64,000 bases of DNA from an uncultured delta proteobacterium (lineage in GTDB: Bacteria > Desulfobacterota > Desulfobacteria > Desulfobacterales > Desulfatirhabdiaceae). This document shows, piece after piece, positions 44,226 through 54,156 of the stretch (the first letter of the stretch is position 1; the number at the start of each line of letters is the position of its first letter). A program made the translations under genes and the position numbers. Location: the NCBI GenBank assembly GCA_963789395.1, contig CAWBKP010000010.1, forward strand, positions 64,001 through 128,000, written 5' to 3'. The notes under the pieces were generated by a model. That model was given only the letters and a program-made list of their open reading frames with translations. It was not told the DNA's origin and searched no databases.

Positions 44226-46445
44226 ATGAATAATCCAAGTCCCGTTTCACGTTTTCTTCCTGGTTTTATTCCTTTATTATCACTTTTCGTCTGCCTGCTA
44301 TCCTTGATATGCATCGGGCCTGCCATAACCCCGGGTTTTGCAGCCCAGGTGACGCTGGCATGGGATGCCAATACCGATCCCGCTGTTGCAGGGTACAAAC
44401 TCTATTATGGAAAAACGTCTCGAACCTACGGAACGCCGGTAGATGTCGGTAAAGTCACTCAATTCACCCTGAGCGGCATTGAAGAAGGAAAAAATTGTTA
44501 TTTTGCGGTAACAGCCTACGATACGAACCACAACGAAAGCGCGTTTTCCACGGAACTGGAATGTTTTACACTGATGCCTGCGCAGAGTGTCAACGGAGCC
44601 ATAAGCCCTTCCAGTGCGGTAGTGGTCAGTCGCGGCATGGGTCAGACTTTTACAATAACGCCGGCAGCCAATTACAAAGTCTCTGACGTGTCAGTTGACG
44701 GAGTGTCCATGGGAGCGGTCACCACCTGTACATTTTCCAATGTAACGGCCAATCACACCATCTCTGCCAGCTTTACTTCCAGTACCGCCATCACCTCTCC
44801 AACCACTTACTCCATCACGTCTTCTGCGGACGCCTACGGGCCATCTCGCCCGCGGGTTCTGTTTCGGTTAATTCTGGCGCCAGCCAGAGCTATACCATCA
44901 CGCCTTCTGCCAATTACAAGGTATCCACTGTCCTGGTTGACGGGGTATCCGTGGGAGCGGTTACCAGTTATACATTTTCCAGTGTGGCTGCCAATCACAC
45001 CATCGCTGCCAGCTTTGCACCTGTCAGCAGCACATACACTATCAGTGCATCCGCCGGCTCGGGGGGCAGCATTTCTCCTTCTGGAAATGTTCAGGTTCAA
45101 AATGGTGTCAATCAGGTGTTTACAATTAAGCCGAACCGGAAATACAGTGTCGCCGAATGTGTTTGTCGACGGAATCTTCCGTTGGGGCTGTGACCTCTTA
45201 TACATTTTCCGGTGTTCAGGCCAATCACAGTATTTCAGCGACCTTTAAAAGTAGTAGCACCTCTAAGAAGCCATAAAACGTCGAGCATCGTCGGCCGGTC
45301 TTCCCGGACAGCTTCTTCCAGCAATTTTCTGGCCTTCAGCAGCCTCCTTCAGCAGCCTGAAATTGTTTCCAGCAGCTGTCTTCTTGCCGGCAGCGGAGTG
45401 CTTCCTGGCAGCGGCGGGTGGATCGAAGTGCTGGATCCCCAGGGAGAACCAGGCAGCGCTTCCCGTTCATATTGACTGGCCGGAGTACAACAATCTCAGC
45501 GGAGAAATGCGGATCGCCACCGGAGACATTGACGGCGACGGCCTGGATGAAATCATCGTGGGGCTGGGACCGGTACAGGGTGCTTCCGGCATTCCCGGCG
45601 GGTATTTTGCGGTGCTCGATGACGATTATTCCGTCTTGGCCTGGGGCCAGGTGGAATGGCCGGAGTACAATGCAATCAACGGCGAAACCCGGCCTGCCTG
45701 CGGCGATATCGACGGAGACGGCATCGATGAAATCATTGTCGGGCTTGGTCCCGGAGGAGAGGGCCGCCTGGAGGTGTTTAAATTGGTGGATCACCAGCTG
45801 AAACATGTCAAGTGGCTGCAGACCGGCTGGCAGGATTACAACAGGGGCAACGGCGAGACCCGGCCTGCCTGCGGCGATCTGGACGGAAACGGCACGAAAG
45901 AGGTGATCGTCGGACTGGGGCCGGTCAGCGGCAACCCGGATATCCCGGGCGGCGTCTTTTTCATCTTTGATCACACATCAGCCGGAAGTGCGGATCTTCA
46001 GGATTCCAGCCAAAGCGACGCCAGCGGCTGGGGCGTGATCAGCTGGCCGGACTATAACCGTATCAACGGGGAGAGCTGGCCGGCCTGCGGGGATGTCAAC
46101 GGCGACGGCAAGGATGAGATCGTGCTTGGTCTGGGCAAACAGGGCACAGGCCGGTTCGAAATACTGGGGTTTGACCTGGTGCAGAACAGTACCCAGCATA
46201 TCGCCTGGCAGCAGAGCCTTCTTTCCGCAGGTGCGGAAGTCCGCCCTGCCTGCGGCCATTTGGGGTCGGATGGCGGAGATGAAATTGTCATCGGATACAT
46301 AAAGGACGGCGTTGGTATCATGGAAGTATTTGGAAATGCCTCTCAGGATTTTCAGCCGATCAGACAGGTGCAAACGCAGTTCAAGGCTTTCCGGAATCAG
46401 GAGAGCCAGATCTGGCCTGCTGTTTTTCACCCGGAAAACCAATAG
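44226..46445 (+). CDS. secreted protein: signal peptide, fibronectin type III domain, three InlB-B-like repeats and FG-GAP-like repeats (several frameshifts)
   Basis: AQVTLAWDANTDPAVAGYKLYYG..YFAVTAYD; three copies of GxISP..TIxP..Y.V..V.VDG..GAVT..TFS.V.ANH.I.A.F; four to five copies of WxxYN..NGE.RPACGDxDGDGxDEIIVGLG. Confidence 0.85.
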
Positions 46446-46447
46446 AA

Positions 46448-46482
46448 AAAAGGCGTGGGCTACTACAATAGCCCACGCCTTT
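46448..46482. terminator. bidirectional intrinsic terminator
   Basis: AAAGGCGTGGGCTA-CTACAA-TAGCCCACGCCTTT lies between convergent genes. Confidence 0.85.
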
Positions 46483-46648
46483 CACTTGATATCACAATTT
46501 CAAAATGAAGCTTTAACTGACTTATTTATGATCCACTGATACAAGAAACCCGAATGTGAGCACCTATCATGATGCGCTTTATCGAATTTCAGTACAATCG
46601 ATAACTTCTCAGTCAATTGACTTGGAAAGTTGATCAGAAAAAATATAG

Positions 46649-47557
46649 TTATTTAACCTTTAGATAATTTATGGAAATATTTAACATATCAACTATTTGT
46701 TCGATATCTTCCGTCATCACAAAACGCATCAGGGGAACCGGTTGAAGGGGAGAAATCGCCACCTCGATAATGCCCGGATTTTTTATAAAATTCTGAACAG
46801 CCAGCAATCTATCCCTGCCCGCAGGCTGTTTTTGTTTCTGAATTTCCAGATTCAACTGATGGATGATATCGGAAACAAATTGATCTTCGCTTTGCCCGGA
46901 CTGCCGGGCTCCGAGTCTGAATGAGTCTTCGAACAATAGAATGATCCAGATAATTCAAGGTAATTCCGGATATTGCCACAGCCGGAACCAGAGCGATCAG
47001 CGTTAACGGATTACTTGGGAACCGATTTGACAACAGCCAGGTCCAGGTTGTTCAACCGGGCGGTAACCTCAATCTGGCCCATGTCTGAAACACGGATGCG
47101 AACCTGCTGAATCTCCAGATCTTTTTTCATCGGATCATAACGATAGGCATACTCCACATTGGCCTCAATATCTGCATACCCAAGCTGTGCCAGCACCGGC
47201 GCTACCCCCTTCATGAAGTGAATTGCTCCGGCTGATGTGAATTCCTTGAATTTCAACATGCATGAAAGAAGGAATTTCATTTTTGACGTCAAATGAATGC
47301 AGCATCAGCCTGTCAATGGCGACAGGACTGTCCGTATCCTTGATTTGAAGGGAAACCTGACTTACCTGGACGGTTTTTGAAAAAAGCCCCACATCCAGGG
47401 ATTGGTAGGAGAGGCTGGAAATCCTGTCTGTCTGATTTGCCCACTGTTGAATGCGGCTCCTGGCATCGTTTTCAATATAAATTTGAGCTCCCAGATAGGC
47501 GCCGGCACTCAGGATCAGCAGGAGTCCCGCTATAATTCCGATGTGTTTTCGGGTCAT
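46649..47557 (-). CDS. hypothetical N-terminally anchored exported protein (split over 4 ORFs by frameshifts)
   Basis: ORFs 47165..47557, 47011..47292, 46809..47033 and 46649..46936 are consecutive; there is an N-terminal TM segment and an RBS GGAGG. Confidence 0.65.
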
Positions 47558-47622
47558 TTTTCCTCCGTCATGTCGTCACATATTGAAAAAACGCTCTTAA
47601 CCTGCTACAGTTGTCGCAGATT

Positions 47623-48579
47623 ATGGAAATTCATATTACGTACACCCTTTTAGCGGCTTTTGTCCTGGATCTGATACTGGGAGATCCCCTCTGGCTGTTT
47701 CATCCGGTTCGATGGATGGGCACGGCCATTTCAAGAATGGAGCCGGTTTTCAGACGCCTGAAGATGCCTCTGGTCATTTCAGGCGCGCTGTTTGCCGGAT
47801 CTCTGGTTTTGGGTGCATGGGGGATTGCCGATCTTCTGGTGTATCTGGCCGGCATCCTTCATCCGGTCTGCCGGCTTATCCTTGAAACCCTTTTGATTTA
47901 TTATTGCATCAGTCCATCCTCTCTCAGAAAAGCAGCCATGGAAGTTGACCATGCGCTGATATCCAGCGGATTGCCGAAGGCGCGAAACAAGATTTCTTTT
48001 ATTGTGGGACGTGAAACCGAACATCTCTCGGAACAGGGGGTGATTCGTGCCGCTGTTGAAACCGTTGCCGAAAATCTGGTGGACGGCATCATCTCTCCGC
48101 TGTTTTATGCCGCCATCGGCGGCGCACCGCTGGCCATCGCCTACCGGATGGTGAACACCCTGGATTCCATGGTCGGCTACCGCAATGACGTTTATCTGCA
48201 TTTTGGCAAGGTTTCCGCACGGCTGGACGATATCGCCAATTTTATTCCCGCGCGGCTTTCGGTTCCGGTTATCGCTTTCGCAGCACAACTCTTATCCGGG
48301 AGTGGAAAGCGCGCCTTCCAAACCGCTGTTCATGAAGGAGCGCATCATGCCAGTCCGAATTCCGGTTATTCAGAGGCTGCTTTTGCCGGAGCGCTGTCCG
48401 TTAAACTGAACGGCCCGAGCACATATCATGGCAAGCTGGTCAACAAACCCTATCATCGGCATTGCCTTTGGGAATGTGACGCGAAGCGATATCCGAAAAG
48501 CCTGCGATCTGATGCTTCTCTGTTCATTTCTGTGGACATTTCTCCTGGCAGTCATTTCCGCTGTCGCGATAACCCTTGA
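47623..48579 (+). CDS. cbiB: adenosylcobinamide-phosphate synthase (frameshift near 48450; true stop unclear)
   Basis: LDLILGDP..HPV, IVGRET, ETVAENLVDG, NTLDSMVGY and SPNSG motifs. Confidence 0.93.
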   Translation: MEIHITYTLLAAFVLDLILGDPLWLFHPVRWMGTAISRMEPVFRRLKMPLVISGALFAGSLVLGAWGIADLLVYLAGILHPVCRLILETLLIYYCISPSSLRKAAMEVDHALISSGLPKARNKISFIVGRETEHLSEQGVIRAAVETVAENLVDGIISPLFYAAIGGAPLAIAYRMVNTLDSMVGYRNDVYLHFGKVSARLDDIANFIPARLSVPVIAFAAQLLSGSGKRAFQTAVHEGAHHASPNSGYSEAAFAGALSVKLNGPSTYHGKLVNKPYHRHCLWECDAKRYPKSLRSDASLFISVDISPGSHFRCRDNP

Positions 48580-48658
48580 CCCCTTCGTCATATTACTGCT
48601 TTCAGTTCGGCGCAACCCTTCTTCTTCCGTCATTAACCCCAAAAAGCTGCTGGCCGCC

Positions 48659-49453
48659 ATGTATCCCCAACTGCCCAAATCCTATAAAAACGCCTATCCA
48701 TTTAAGATCAGCGCACCTTCGTTTATCTATCCGGATGACTACATCCCCAATGTTCAGAGTGCTGGGGCCCTTTCTGGACGAAATCGAACTGCTGTGTTTT
48801 GAAAGCCACGCGTCTTCCTTGCCGTCCCCAGAGACGATCCGGGAACTGGAATCTCTGGCAAAGGAATTCCGGTTCACTTATAATGTTCATCTCCCGTCGG
48901 ATCATGGACCCGGGAAGCCCGGAACGCAAGGAACAAAATCGGTTTGTTGAAAACATTCTTCGCGTCATGGATATCACCCGGCCCTTGGAGCCCACAACCT
49001 ATATCCTTCATCTTCCCTATAATCAAGCTCCGATTGGAAGAATTTGCGACAAAGCCTGGCAGAGCCGGATTTCAGACTGCCTCCGACAGATTAAGGGATG
49101 CAGGGGTTCAGGGTCCTGCCCTTTCCGTAGAGACGCTCGACTATCCGCTGGAATGGATTGAACAGATTCTTCGGGAATATGACCTTCGCGTATGCCTGGA
49201 TATGGGGCATCTGATCGTAAATCATGAAAATATCGAAACCACATATCATCGTTTTGCCGGACAAACGCCGATGATTCATTTACATGGCGTTAAAAACGGA
49301 AAGGATCACCTGGCTCTGGATGTCTTTGATCAGAGCTGGCTTGACAGGATATTCTCCTTACTCAAGCAGTTTACCGGAACTGTATCCATTGAAGTTTTTT
49401 CGTACAATCACCTTCTGGCTTCCCTTGCGGTACTGGAAAGGAATATGGGGTAA
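48659..49453 (+). CDS. cbiR: cobamide-remodelling phosphodiesterase CbiR-like (AP endonuclease 2/TIM barrel; 3 frameshifts)
   Basis: SFIYP, EIELL.FES, YNVHLP, LHL, SVETL, CLDMGHL, IHLHG, DHL and EVF metal-binding motifs; adjacent to cbiB. Confidence 0.7.
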
Positions 49454-49462
49454 AAGGCATTC

Positions 49463-50356
49463 ATGTCCAATCATTCAAAAGGACTGATGATGATCAGCAT
49501 AACGGCCGTCCTCTGGGGCATCTTGGCCATTGTGCTCAAATATGCGCTGCAGCGGTTCAGCGGCAATACCATCATCTGGTTTCGGTTTACGTTTTCATTG
49601 GTATTTCTGGCAGGGTATTATCTCATTCATCGTCCCCAGTTTTTTGAAATCCTGATAAAGCCTCCGATTCTGGGAATCCTCGCCGGACTTGCCATGGCCG
49701 GTAACTATCTCGGTTTTACCAGCGGCGTGGGCCTGACCTCTCCCAGCAATGCCCAGATACTGATCCAGATCTCTCCGCTTCTGGTGGCGGTTGTGGGCGT
49801 TGTCTATTTCAAGGAACGCCTCACCCTTCTTCAGAAGTCCGGCTTTGGCATTGCAGCCGCAGGTTTTCTGCTGTTTTACTGGGATCAGCTTCATCACCTG
49901 GTGATCTCCTCCCAGCAATACTCTCGCGGCAACATCTGGATCATTTTTGCAGCCATCACCTGGGCATTTTTTGCAGTATGCCAGAAGCTTCTGGTGCGAA
50001 TCTGGACCCCGCAGCAGACCAATTTGCTGATTTATCTGGTTGCCGCCCTGGTCTTTTCCCCCCTGGCCGTTTTTCATGAATTTCAGGGACTGGGCCTTTC
50101 GGACTGGCTGACGCTGATATTCCTGGGCGCCAATACCCTCATTGCCTATGGCACCCTGGGCGAAGCCCTCAAACTGCTTCCGGCCAACCAGGTCAGCGCC
50201 ATTATTGTCCTGAACCCGCTGATTACCATGATTGTCGTCGGTGTTCTTTCGGTTCAGAAACTTCCCTGGCTTTCATCTGAAAGCACCACCATGGTCGGTT
50301 ATGCCGGAGCGCTGTTTCTCCTGGCAGGCGTGGGACTGGTCGTTAAAAAAGAATGA
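49463..50356 (+). CDS. DMT/EamA-family transporter
   Basis: About 10 TM segments in two EamA-like halves; LWG, RF and FKERL motifs. Confidence 0.9.
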   Translation: MSNHSKGLMMISITAVLWGILAIVLKYALQRFSGNTIIWFRFTFSLVFLAGYYLIHRPQFFEILIKPPILGILAGLAMAGNYLGFTSGVGLTSPSNAQILIQISPLLVAVVGVVYFKERLTLLQKSGFGIAAAGFLLFYWDQLHHLVISSQQYSRGNIWIIFAAITWAFFAVCQKLLVRIWTPQQTNLLIYLVAALVFSPLAVFHEFQGLGLSDWLTLIFLGANTLIAYGTLGEALKLLPANQVSAIIVLNPLITMIVVGVLSVQKLPWLSSESTTMVGYAGALFLLAGVGLVVKKE

Positions 50357-50388
50357 TTCGTGTCTGAACCGAAAGATCGTTCAGAGAA

Positions 50389-50518
50389 ACTCCGAATACC
50401 AGAATTCGAATGTCTAAATGACTAAGCTTGTCAGTTTGATAACTGAAACTTCTATGCACTAAGCGTAATTAATTTCCGTCATTGTTTCGTATTTCATGCT
50501 TTGAATTTCGAATTTACA
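50389..50518. repeat. degenerate heptamer-based palindromic intergenic element
   Basis: ctccgaataccagaattcgaatgtctaaatgac ... gtcattgtttcgtatttcatgctttgaatttcgaattt; related to 62505-62620. Confidence 0.55.
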
Positions 50519-50658
50519 AATGATCAGATTCACAACGTGAGCAATATGCCCCTGATCACATAGGATATGGGTCGTGGCTTTGAGGTTTCAAAACAACCGC
50601 CCTGATCAATGGCCACATTTCATTTTTTCATGATTTTCGAACCGTCTTCAGATCCTGG

Positions 50659-51420
50659 TCATTTGCTGACCTTGAGTTTTTGCCCGGTACGAATCGATAT
50701 CTGTTGGGCCCATGTTGTTTAACCGCTGCAACTCATCAACAGTCATCCCATAGGACTTGCTGATGCCATACAAGGTTTCCAGGGGTTTGACTTCATGATA
50801 TTTTTCGGCTGACGTCTTTTTCTCTGGTGGTTCAACCGTGTTTGGCCGGACTGGCGGCCTCTGTTTTAGGCAGCAGCCGGCTGTTTCGGCGCTGGTTCTG
50901 TTTTGATCTGGCCAGCTGGCTGCTTTCGGCGCAGATTCTGTTTTTCGACGCTGCTGACGCTTTCGACGGAGCGCTGTTTGTGAATGGATTCGATTTCCCT
51001 TGTCATCTGGTCAAGCCGCTGCGTGGTTGAGGCTCCCAGCTTGTCGAGTCTTGCCGACACCTGTTCAAGTTTGTCCTCCTGAAGGGCGAGTTGAGCAACT
51101 TTCTGGTAATTCTGTTCCATCTCCGCCAGCTTGGTTTCCATTTTTTTCAGTTTTGCTTCCATCTCGGTGATCGGCTTGGTATCGGCCGGGTTCTGCAACA
51201 TGGGAAGAAACACGAAAAAAGCAAGCAGAACAAATACGCAGGCGCCGACAATGACCAACAGCAACCCACTGTTTTTACTCAGATTGGACATAAAACTCTC
51301 CACATTCCCTTTTTTCCAGGGGGAATAGGCATCTTCCGGATAATAATCTTCGTCCGGACCCTGTTCCGCTTCAGTGCCTCTCTTGTCTCTGAATGTATCA
51401 CGCGAAATTCTTTCTGGCAT
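50659..51420 (-). CDS. membrane-anchored coiled-coil protein with a C-terminal LysM domain (frameshifted)
   Basis: TM segment and coiled coil in ORF 50866..51420; a downstream frame reads YHEVKPLETLYGISKSYGMTVDELQRLN..GQKLKV*. Confidence 0.82.
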
Positions 51421-51564
51421 AATCTTCCTCCACCTTGATAAGGATTAAAGGATAAGGTGCTATGGATCCGTTGCAAGGAGACGACTTCAATTCTTACAAC
51501 AATAGCCGTCAGTCACACTGATTATCCTCTATTTTTGTCGGAAATCAATTCCGACCTTTCACTG

Positions 51565-52710
51565 TTAAGAGCTTATTTGCGCATAAAAAAACTGAATTCT
51601 GTCCACGACATATTCCTGTTGAGCCGCTGTCAGCTCCGGATAAACGGGAAGGGCCAACGTCTGATCGGCTGCACGTTCGGCTTCCGGAAAATCCCTTTTC
51701 CCGTAATTCAAAAATGAAAAACACTTCTGAAGGTGCAGCGGCACCGGATAATACACTTCGGTTCCGATCTCCGATTCCAGTAAAAACGCCCGAAGTTCAT
51801 CTCTTTTTTCGGCAACGCGGATGACATACTGATTGAACGTATGCCTGGTTTCTTTTTCAACGGGCAGCATCACCCGGTCCCCCAGGCCGCACTGCGAAAA
51901 CAGGCTGCGATAAGTCGCTGCATGATCCTGACGCATCTTTGTCCATTGATCCAGATAATTCAACTTGACGGATACGATGGCTGCCTGAAGCGCATCCAGC
52001 CTGAAATTGCCCCCGATCAGGCTGTGATAATATTTGGGGTGAGAGCCATGATTCCGCAGCATGACCAGGGTGTCATGAAAGGCTTTGGACTGGGTGGTTA
52101 CCATGCCGCCGTCTCCAAACGCGCCAAGATTTTTGGATGGAAAAAAGGAAAAACATCCGAAATCGCCCATTTCCCCTGCCCTTCTGCCCTTGTATTCGGC
52201 GCCGATGGCCTGAGCCGCATCTTCGATTACCGTCAGATGATTCTCCCTGGCGATTTCAAGGATCGGATCCATGTCCGCGCACTGCCCGTAGAGATGCACC
52301 GGAATGATGGCTTTCAGACGCTTCCTTTCCGCGGGGCTCATCCCTTCTATGGCGGCTGAAATGCCGTCAGGGGAGATGTTATAGGTTGCCGGATCAATAT
52401 CCACAAAACAGGGACGCGCCCCCACACGGGAAATCGAACCCGCGGTTGCAAAAAAAGTATACGGCGTTGTAATGACAATATCGTCTGCGGTTATGCCGGA
52501 TGCCATCAAGGCAATGATCAGTGCGTCGGTCCCCGAAGAAACCCCCAGCGCATGGGCGGCATGGCAGTACTGCGCCACTTGTTTTTCCAAAGCTTCAACA
52601 TGCGGCCCCAGAATAAAATACTGGCTGTCGTAGATTTCTTCCGTGACCCTGAGAACATCCTGCTTGATCAGTTGATACTGACATTTTAAATCCAGAAGGG
52701 GAACTTTCAT
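51565..52710 (-). CDS. DegT/DnrJ/EryC1/StrS-family aminotransferase
   Basis: SSGTDAL, EDAAQAIG, SFFPSKNLGAFGDGG and NFRLD motifs. Confidence 0.95.
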   Translation of the reverse strand: MKVPLLDLKCQYQLIKQDVLRVTEEIYDSQYFILGPHVEALEKQVAQYCHAAHALGVSSGTDALIIALMASGITADDIVITTPYTFFATAGSISRVGARPCFVDIDPATYNISPDGISAAIEGMSPAERKRLKAIIPVHLYGQCADMDPILEIARENHLTVIEDAAQAIGAEYKGRRAGEMGDFGCFSFFPSKNLGAFGDGGMVTTQSKAFHDTLVMLRNHGSHPKYYHSLIGGNFRLDALQAAIVSVKLNYLDQWTKMRQDHAATYRSLFSQCGLGDRVMLPVEKETRHTFNQYVIRVAEKRDELRAFLLESEIGTEVYYPVPLHLQKCFSFLNYGKRDFPEAERAADQTLALPVYPELTAAQQEYVVDRIQFFYAQISS

Positions 52711-52727
52711 TTAACCTCGGTTCAAAA

Positions 52728-52755
52728 GAAGGGGCGGCTTTAAAACCTCCCCTAC
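52728..52755. repeat. GTAG-type REP-like palindrome
   Basis: Minus strand reads GTAGGGGAGGTTTTAAAGCCGCCCCTTC. Confidence 0.6.
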
Positions 52756-52782
52756 ATATGGTTTGACTGGGTATTCATATTG

Positions 52783-54155
52783 TTATGCCATTTCAGCCGC
52801 CGTCGTTATTTGAATCATGACCAGCGTATCGTTATTGTCATTTTCAATCACCGCTTGTTTTTCCGGCGCAAGATACAGGGATTCACCGGCCTGAAGCGTC
52901 ATGGACTCCGGATCCGAGCGTTGCGCCGGCAAGTCCGCCGACAATGACCAGGGTTTTGGATTCCGGTGGCTCTGCCTTAACAGTCACCGTTGATCCCGGA
53001 TATACGATCATTCGGCCAACCCGGTAATGGTCTTTTGTTTCCAGAGATGTCAAACTTCCCCAGGGCTTGGACGCGGTGGTATGCTGCTGGCACTCCCATC
53101 GCCCCTTTTCCTTGAGGGTGGTCACAATGGATTTGACATCGCGGCTGTTTTCAATATCCGAGACAAATATCGAATCCGGGGTTTCCACAATCACCACATT
53201 GTTCAGGTGATTGGCGGCAATCAGCCGTTCATGCCCCATGACAAAACAGTGATGCGAGTCATTGCAGATGACATCGCCATGAAGAACATTCTGATTTTCA
53301 TCCTTCGGCAGAAAATCATACAGCGATTTCCAGGACCCGATATCGCTCCAGCCAAAATCCGAAGGCAGCACCGCACCTTTTTGCGTTTTCTCCATAACCG
53401 CCACGTCAATGGAAATATTGGGAAGCAATTGATAGTCTTCCAGCGGCAAGGCCTGCCGGATCCGCTGCAAGGGTTTTTATTCGATGATAGAGATCCGGTT
53501 GAAATGTTTTGAATTCTTCCGCCACAACCGATGCTTTAAAAGCGAACATGCCGCTGTTCCAGAAATAATTGCCTGCCGCGACATAATGCCTGGCGGTCTG
53601 AAGATCGGGTTTTTCCACAAACCGGTTTATGGAAAGCGCGCCTTCGGAAATCAGGGTTTGTCCTTCGATATAGCCATAACCGGTTTCCGGATACCCCGGC
53701 CGGATGCCGAAGGTAACGATATAATCCGCTGCCGCCAGACGAATGGCGGATGCCAGTTTGCCGTGGAAACTGTCCACATCCTGTATCACATGATCCGCGG
53801 GGAAAATACAGAGAATGGCATCGGATTCGTTTCGAAGAATGTCAAAGAGCGCCAGAAGAATGGCCGGAGCCGTATTGCGTCCGCAGGGCTCGCTGATCAC
53901 GTTCCCATTGGCGCTGATGCCAATGGATTCGATATGCCTGGATATTTCCAGGGAATGCTCCCTGCCGCAGACAATTTTCACCCTGCTGCTGTCCAGAACC
54001 GGCGAAAGGCGCTTGATGGTGCTCTGGATCAGGGAATCGTTTCCGATAAAGCGGACCAGTTGTTTGGGATACAATTCCCGCGACACCGGCCAGAGCCGCG
54101 TCCCGGAGCCGCCGGCAAGCAGCACCGGATAGACCGGAAGATGGGAATGGATCAT
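52783..54155 (-). CDS. manC: mannose-1-phosphate guanylyltransferase/mannose-6-phosphate isomerase (2 frameshifts)
   Basis: LAGGSGTRLWPVSRELYPKQ, EPCGRNTAPA, FVEKP and WSDIGSW motifs, with a C-terminal cupin. Confidence 0.9.
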
Positions 54156-54156
54156 T

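Noticed and set aside
47560..47622. Cobalamin riboswitch before cbiB
   Set aside because: The intergenic space is only about 65 bp and has no B12-box.
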